DNA of 64,000 nucleotides. Origin: a virus. The DNA is taken from positions 92,994 through 156,993 of the IMG/VR virus record IMGVR_UViG_3300030438_000078; one strand, given 5' to 3'. Positions 58,129-64,000 of the stretch are shown here, piece by piece (positions within the stretch are counted from its first letter, which is position 1; each line of letters begins with the position of its first letter). The notes beneath the pieces are model-generated. The model was not told the origin of the DNA. It saw nothing but the letters and a program-made list of their open reading frames with translations, and did no database searches. Made by a program: the position numbers and the translations under genes.

Positions 58129-58865
58129 TGGCAGTAATAGGAACAAAATTATATAATAAAGAATATCAACAAATATATCCAGAATCAGATGCTTCAGTAA
58201 TTATTTGTAATGGTTCTGGAAATAAATCTTATGTAGAAGAGGATATTAAAAAGATATATAAATAGATATCTGATCTTACTGGGGCCACTGAAACTATAAA
58301 TAATATTATAGTTAAAGTACATTATTTACCTTCTAATATTTCTAATGAATCTGATATTAAATTATCTGAGAAATAGTGGTCAGATACATTTGAATTACCT
58401 AGTGAGGAGAATCCCTATGTTTGGAAAAGAACTTTATTTACATATGAAGGAGCAGAAGATGGATAGGGAACTACTATATATGAAATAGTTGCTACAGACA
58501 CTTCAACTATTATTTAGACAATCTATACTAGAACAGAAGGGATTACACCAGTAATAGAATATAAACAAAAAGTAGATGAAAAAGGAAATCCTTTATATAT
58601 AGACTCAGATGGAAGAGAAACTACTGAAGTAACTTCTACTAAAGCTTATGATTATAATTATTACTGGGATGGTTCAAAGGCTAATGGTATAAATAATCTT
58701 CCTCCTACTCCACCAGAATAGACTTATACTTGGACAGATTACCCTCAAGATATTAGTCTATCTTTTACATCTGTATTTATGTCTAGAAGAATTAGATAGG
58801 GAGGAAAGTGGGGACCCTTATCTACACCAGCACAATATGGTCAGTGGCCAGTAGGTACTAATTAA
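58128..58865 (+). CDS. hypothetical structural protein
   Basis: 246 codons, 8 TAGs, ATG overlaps portal TAA (TAATG). Confidence 0.45.
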
Positions 58866-58876
58866 ATTATATAATT

Positions 58877-59605
58877 ATGGAATTTAGTGTTGATATACAT
58901 ACTCAAATAAATGGAGAAATAACTATAGAAGATTTCTCTAAAGAATACATGCAGTATATAGATGAAGATGTTGAGGTAGTTACTACTTTTGATTTGTTTA
59001 AATATAGTGAAAGTGCTACATTAAATAGTGTAATCAAATTAGGATTATGCGATGCAGTATTAATAGATGTATTAATTAATAATCATTCTGAAGATTTAGA
59101 TTCATGTACTTTTAAAGTTACAGATGATGGTTATTATGTAATAGACCATATTGTACTACCTAATATGAAATGGTATGAAAACGCTTCTGAAGAATATAAA
59201 AACTACTATGAAACTATCTATGTAACTGATGGAGAAAAGTTATATAAAGAAGTCGAAGAAGAATTAGTAGAATGTACAGTAAAAGAAATATTAGAAAGAA
59301 ATACAGAAGGGACTACTATAAAAAAATGTAAGATAGATGTTATTTTTACAGGCAATATGTAGCAATGTTATATAAACTATTGTAAGAAGATTTTTAATAA
59401 CCTTCTTAATCAATGCTACAAAAAAGAAAATGACTATGATATATATGCCAGAGATTTTATATGGATGACATTAAATATAATAGATTATTTAGTTGGTTTT
59501 AAACAGTTCATGGAAGCTTAGAGAATTATAGAAATGTTCCAATCTTGCGGAGGTTTCTGTAAAAAAGTTACTGAACATAGACAAGTTAGCTGTGGATGCT
59601 CTTAA
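58877..59605 (+). CDS. hypothetical protein
   Basis: 243 codons (ORF-track 58877..59362 extended through two TAGs to TAA 59603-59605); C-terminal part overlaps a second protein-like frame. Confidence 0.4.
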
Positions 59606-59760
59606 AAGAAAAGCAATAATTACTTATAAAAACCTTCTATCTAAAGTAAAGAAAGGTTATAGACCAGATTATAAGGATTTACTAAATTTAATTTGTTTTA
59701 TAAGTCTCCCAGAAAAAATAGATAATTATGATTTTATAAAACAACAACTATTAAATTAGA

Positions 59761-61329
59761 ATGATACAGTCTATCTACACTTCGGTAAATAACGCCGAAT
59801 TAGTTTCGTGTGGTAAAAAAGGTACTCCTATAAAAAGTGAACCAATTCCATTACTAAGAAATAACTTTTTAAGTGAGTATAGAACTGAATTAGAAAAAGC
59901 TAAGGTAAGAAAAAATTTAGGAATTGCTGATGAAGCTAGTTTAATTTGGGGAAATATAGACGGAACTATAGAAGAATAGAAAGATTTAGTTCAATATATA
60001 GAATAGAAATGGGCATATACTTCTGATGTTTCTGAAGATATCTAGACAGTAAAAGATGCTTTAGATTATGCTCTATTTTTTATTGGATAGTATGAAGCTA
60101 ATACAGAAGAAATAGAAGAACTAAATCAAAAAATAGAACAACTTAAATAGTTAATATCACAAACAGAATAGTCTCTTCAAGAAGATATAAACACTAATAC
60201 TGAGAGTATTAATACTATTAATCAAAATATTGAAGAGATAAATAAATAGATAGAAGATATTAATAGTAATATAGAAAATATAGATGTAGATAAAAATATA
60301 TTAAACTGGGTAAAAAATAGTTTAGAAAATTCTAAAACTATAAAATTAGTAGATGATACCACTTTAGAAGTTATTCTGTTAGAATAGGAGGACAATGCTA
60401 TTAAACTTTTGCAATAGCAAGAACTTTCTGAAGGGATGGAACCTTCTGAACATCCCACTGTTCCTGGTTTATATGTTAAAGATTTAGAACCTTTAGTTAC
60501 TAATAATTCATAGAATATAAAAGATATTAGTACTAAAGTAAATTAGAATACTTAGAATATTACCAATATTTAGGAAAATATATCCAGCTTATCTGTATAT
60601 GAAACTGAATTGCCCAATGAAACAGAATCTTCTGTTTTGTAGGGAACTACAGTGGAATAGTTAAAAGGTAAGAATATTAATGAAATTATAGATACACTAT
60701 TATTCCCAACAGTAGTTAGGGATTTAGTTTAGCCTTAGCTATATTATAGTGTTACTCAGAATATTGTAGAAGTAGGTTCCCCTAATATTAATCCAACATT
60801 AGTATTTGTTAAAAATGATGCTGGTAATGAATCTTCTCGAAAAGAAACTATATCTTATAATGAAGAAGAACTAGAGTCATTAGAAACATATTCTTCTATA
60901 GGAGACTATATTTATAAAGGAGTTGTAGAATATGAAGCTGGAGAATACTTAATAGATAATAAAGGTGAGGTTACAAAAATAAGAATTGAAGCAGGTTCTA
61001 TAGAAACATCTACTAAGGTAACAGCAACATATCCTTGGTATGCAGGGAATACTAGTTAGGTACAAAAATAGGCTTTAGTTCCATTTAATTAGCAGACTTA
61101 GGTAATTGAGATTTCTTTAACGGATCAAGCAGTTATTAAACTTCCAGGAAGTAAAACTCAATTAAGTATGTTTAAAGTAAATGGAGGCCTAGGATTCTTA
61201 GATGTAGACTTAACTGGATGGGATATATCTACAGAAAATATTTCTGGATTTACTTATAAAGTTTGGACTAAAAAAGATTCTTATTCAGCAATATTACCAC
61301 ATCAACTTAAATTTACACTTATACAATAA
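59761..61329 (+). CDS. structural protein with coiled-coil/Asn-Ile-rich region (tail-fibre-like)
   Basis: 523 codons, about 25 TAGs, ends TAA overlapping next ATG. Confidence 0.5.
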
Positions 61330-62621
61330 TGGGTTTTACATATACAGGTGATGCTGTGTTAGGAGTGTCTTTATCAGTAGAGACTCCTAAACCTCTGGAT
61401 AGTAGAAGTGTAGTAAATAGTATTCAAGATTTATATACTATTCCAGAGAAATATGCATATGAAGGTATGACCGTTGCAAATAAATCTAATGGAAATCTTT
61501 ATATGCTAGTAGATAAAGCTAATATAGGAGATAAAACAGGATGGAAAGCTTCCTATGAAGCCATACAAATTATTGCTTGTACTGAAGACGAATATAAGGA
61601 ATGGAAAGATAATACAAGTGAAGACTTCTAGCCTATAAATCCAGAGAAATCCTTTCTTCATGAAGATACCTATTATTATATTTATGAAGATAGTCTATCT
61701 GCTGAAACAGAAGATTAGGAATATTTATCAGCAGCTTGGGGTAAACAAATAGAAGAATAGTTAAAAGCTAAAGCATTAAATACTACTGTAGTTGCTTTAC
61801 AATAGAAGGTAGATGCTGATATAAAAAATCTTTCTGATAATTATACTACTACTTAGTAGTTATAGGAATAGTATTATAATAGAACAGAAATAAATGAAAA
61901 GTTTTTAACTAAAGAAGATGCTAATAATACTTATGCCACTAAGGAATCCTTAACTGAATTATCAGATTAGATAGCAGAAGAATATGTAACTAAAGAGGAT
62001 TTAAGAGGAGACTCTCCAGAAACTGGTGACGATGATTTTATTTTCGTAACATAGAAAAAATATTAGGAAGATAAAGATGCCCAAGCATTAAATTTTGAAA
62101 CTTAGAATTTAACTACAAAAGATACTAAAACTTCTTCCATAATTATTTAGAAAATCGAAGAAAAAGAAATATCTTAGGAAGAAGGAGAACCTATTATATA
62201 GGAAGAAGTAGTTAGCTAGAATGTAATAACTTCTGAAAATAATAAAGTTCTAATAGATAATAAATAGGTAGCTCTAAGCGAAGAAGTACCTAAGATAGTT
62301 TGTTTACCATAGAATGAATATGATGATATGGTGGAACAAGGAGAAACAGAAGATGATACTTATTATTATACATATGATAAAGAATAGGGAATAGATACTG
62401 GTTATGTTACTCCAGAATATCTAAATTAGAGTTATTATACTAAATATTAGGTAGATTAGCTTATTAAATAGGCTATTGCCGAAGTAACATCTAAAATATT
62501 TCCATTAGATATAGATTCCGAGATTTCTCAAGTATAGGAAGAAGTACTAAATATAGATTTAAAAGCTGTAAGTATAGAAGGAGAATTGTTAAAGTTTAAT
62601 TATGGGAGTGATTTACGTTAA
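61329..62621 (+). CDS. acidic hypothetical structural protein
   Basis: 431 codons, more than 25 TAGs. Confidence 0.5.
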
Positions 62622-62793
62622 TGGTGGATTTAAAAAAGCGAAATTACCAGTTGATTTAAAAGATTCCTCTGTAAATATTGGAGGAAATCAAGGATTAGAT
62701 ATTTCTGTGGAAGATGATGGGATTTTAGTAATTACTTCACAAAATATAGAACTAGATAAGGTAGTAGAAAATGAAATTTTAAATATTATATAA
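62602..62793 (+). CDS. hypothetical small protein
   Basis: 63-aa ORF overlapping the previous gene's 3' end. Confidence 0.3.
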   Translation: MGVIYVNGGFKKAKLPVDLKDSSVNIGGNQGLDISVEDDGILVITSQNIELDKVVENEILNII

Positions 62794-62794
62794 A

Positions 62795-63691
62795 ATGGCA
62801 GCAATTAAGCAAATAAAAGTAGGTGATGTAACTTATGATATAAAAGCTAAGTAGGATATAGATGGAAATGATATAGCTACTACTTATGTTAAAAAAGACG
62901 GAGTAAAAGTTTTAAGTACAGAAGACTTTACTACTAAATTAAAAAATAAACTAGATGGAATTGCTGAAGGTGCAAATAATTATACACATCCTTCTAATTC
63001 TGGTAATAAGCATATTCCAACTGGGGGAAGTAAGGGGAAAATATTAGTCTGGAAAGCAGATGGAGAAGCTTAGTGGGGAGACGATAAAGATACCACTCCA
63101 GCTAAAGTAACTACAGACGCAGATGGCTTAATGAGTAAAGAAGATAAAGCTAAATTAGACGGTGTTGCCGCAAACGCTAATAACTATTCTCATCCTACTG
63201 GTAATGGAAATAATCACATTCCACAAGGCGGAGCTGAAGGCTAGTTTTTAGGATATTCTGCAGCAGGAACTGCAAAATGGGTAAATGCTCCTACTTTTTC
63301 TATAAGTACTGCTACTGATACAAAATTAGGCGGAATAAAAATAGGCTATACTTAGAGTAGTAAAAATTATCCTATTGTATTAGATAGTGGTGGTAAAGCT
63401 TATGTAACTGTTCCTTGGACTGATACAGTTTATACACACCCAAATACTGCTGGTAACAAGCATATTCCAACAGGAGGTAGCCCTGGATAGATATTAGCAT
63501 TTGCTTCTGATGGAACAGCAAAATGGTAGAATACTTATTCAGCAGCCACTGATTCTACTTTGGGAGTAGTTAAACAAGGAACAGCTGTAAAAGATGCAAC
63601 TTCTGGAGTAAGTGCAACATCAGAAAATGTAGCAACTTAGTTAAATGCTCTTTTAGCTTCTTTAAGAACAGCAGGAATTATAGCATCATAA
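62795..63691 (+). CDS. tail-fibre-like protein with three 'N-Y-(T/S)-HP-x3-GN-x-HIP-x-GG' repeats
   Basis: 299 codons with 8 TAGs; repeats 'NYTHPSNSGNKHIPTGGSKGKILVWKADGEAQW', 'NYSHPTGNGNNHIPQGGAEGQFLGYSAAGTAKW', 'THPNTAGNKHIPTGGSPGQILAFASDGTAKW'. Confidence 0.5.
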
Positions 63692-63924
63692 TATGATATA
63701 TAGAAATGGTAAATTAATCTTACAGGTTCAAAAAAATGTTTAGGAACTTGTGGAACAAGTATAGCAACGGGTTCAGAAAGATATAGGAGCTATATATAAA
63801 GGAACTTAGTTAGTATGGTTGACCGTGTACGACGCTATCAGAAGTTGTTTTGGTAGCGGTACATGGTTACCTGATAGACCTTGGTTAAAAGATGATTTAT
63901 GGAAAAATAATTAATTTGAAACAA

Positions 63925-64000
63925 TGGCAAAATTTGAAAATTTACCAAACAAGATTGAAAATTTAGAAACAGAATGGGACCAACATTCTGGTATGGAAGT
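63925..64000 (+). CDS. 5' end of a gene continuing beyond the window
   Basis: ATG at 63925, open frame to window end. Confidence 0.3.

Noticed and set aside
50071-60458. Minus-strand ORFs 50071..50586, 52377..52631, 54200..54403, 60222..60458 inside the late block
   Set aside because: Antisense to convincingly coding plus-strand genes (TerL etc.); they arise because TAG-rich sense strands are stop-poor on the opposite strand; low-complexity translations.

Overview
The window is AT-rich phage DNA with three blocks. It looks like a Crassvirales-type virus of a Bacteroidota host, though I could not run a homology search to confirm that.

**Early block (1–42.9 kb).** This is a contiguous minus-strand block of early and middle genes:
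- A replication module: TOPRIM primase, a DnaB-like helicase, a P-loop ATPase and RNase H.
- An SF2 helicase whose Walker-A motif is interrupted by a ~1.18-kb intron-like insertion carrying a LAGLIDADG homing endonuclease.
- Two HNH endonucleases.
- A GH73-like cell-wall hydrolase.
- A flotillin (SPFH) / NfeD membrane-protein pair.
- A minus-strand array of at least 7 tRNA genes (Leu-UAA, Gly-UCC, Met-CAU x2, Leu-UAG, Gln-UUG, Val-UAC), interleaved with degenerate tRNA-like elements.

**Junction (43.2–44.8 kb).** A short plus-strand module sits here. It contains a tRNA with anticodon CUA, an amber suppressor, at 43808–43881.

**Late regions.** Downstream plus-strand genes from ~50.9 kb to the end of the window (terminase large subunit, portal, structural and tail-fibre-like proteins) are full of in-frame TAG codons and terminate with TAA or TGA. 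A minus-strand lysis-like cassette at 44.9–48.5 kb shows the same pattern. TAG is therefore reassigned to a sense codon in these genes, most plausibly Gln, although the amino acid cannot be proven from sequence alone. One TAG-recoded endonuclease-like gene is also embedded in the early block at 14578–15294.

**Scope.** Features come from reading the six-frame ORF track plus manual translation and tRNA folding by eye. No database searches were run. Product names rest on motifs I could see and are hedged accordingly.
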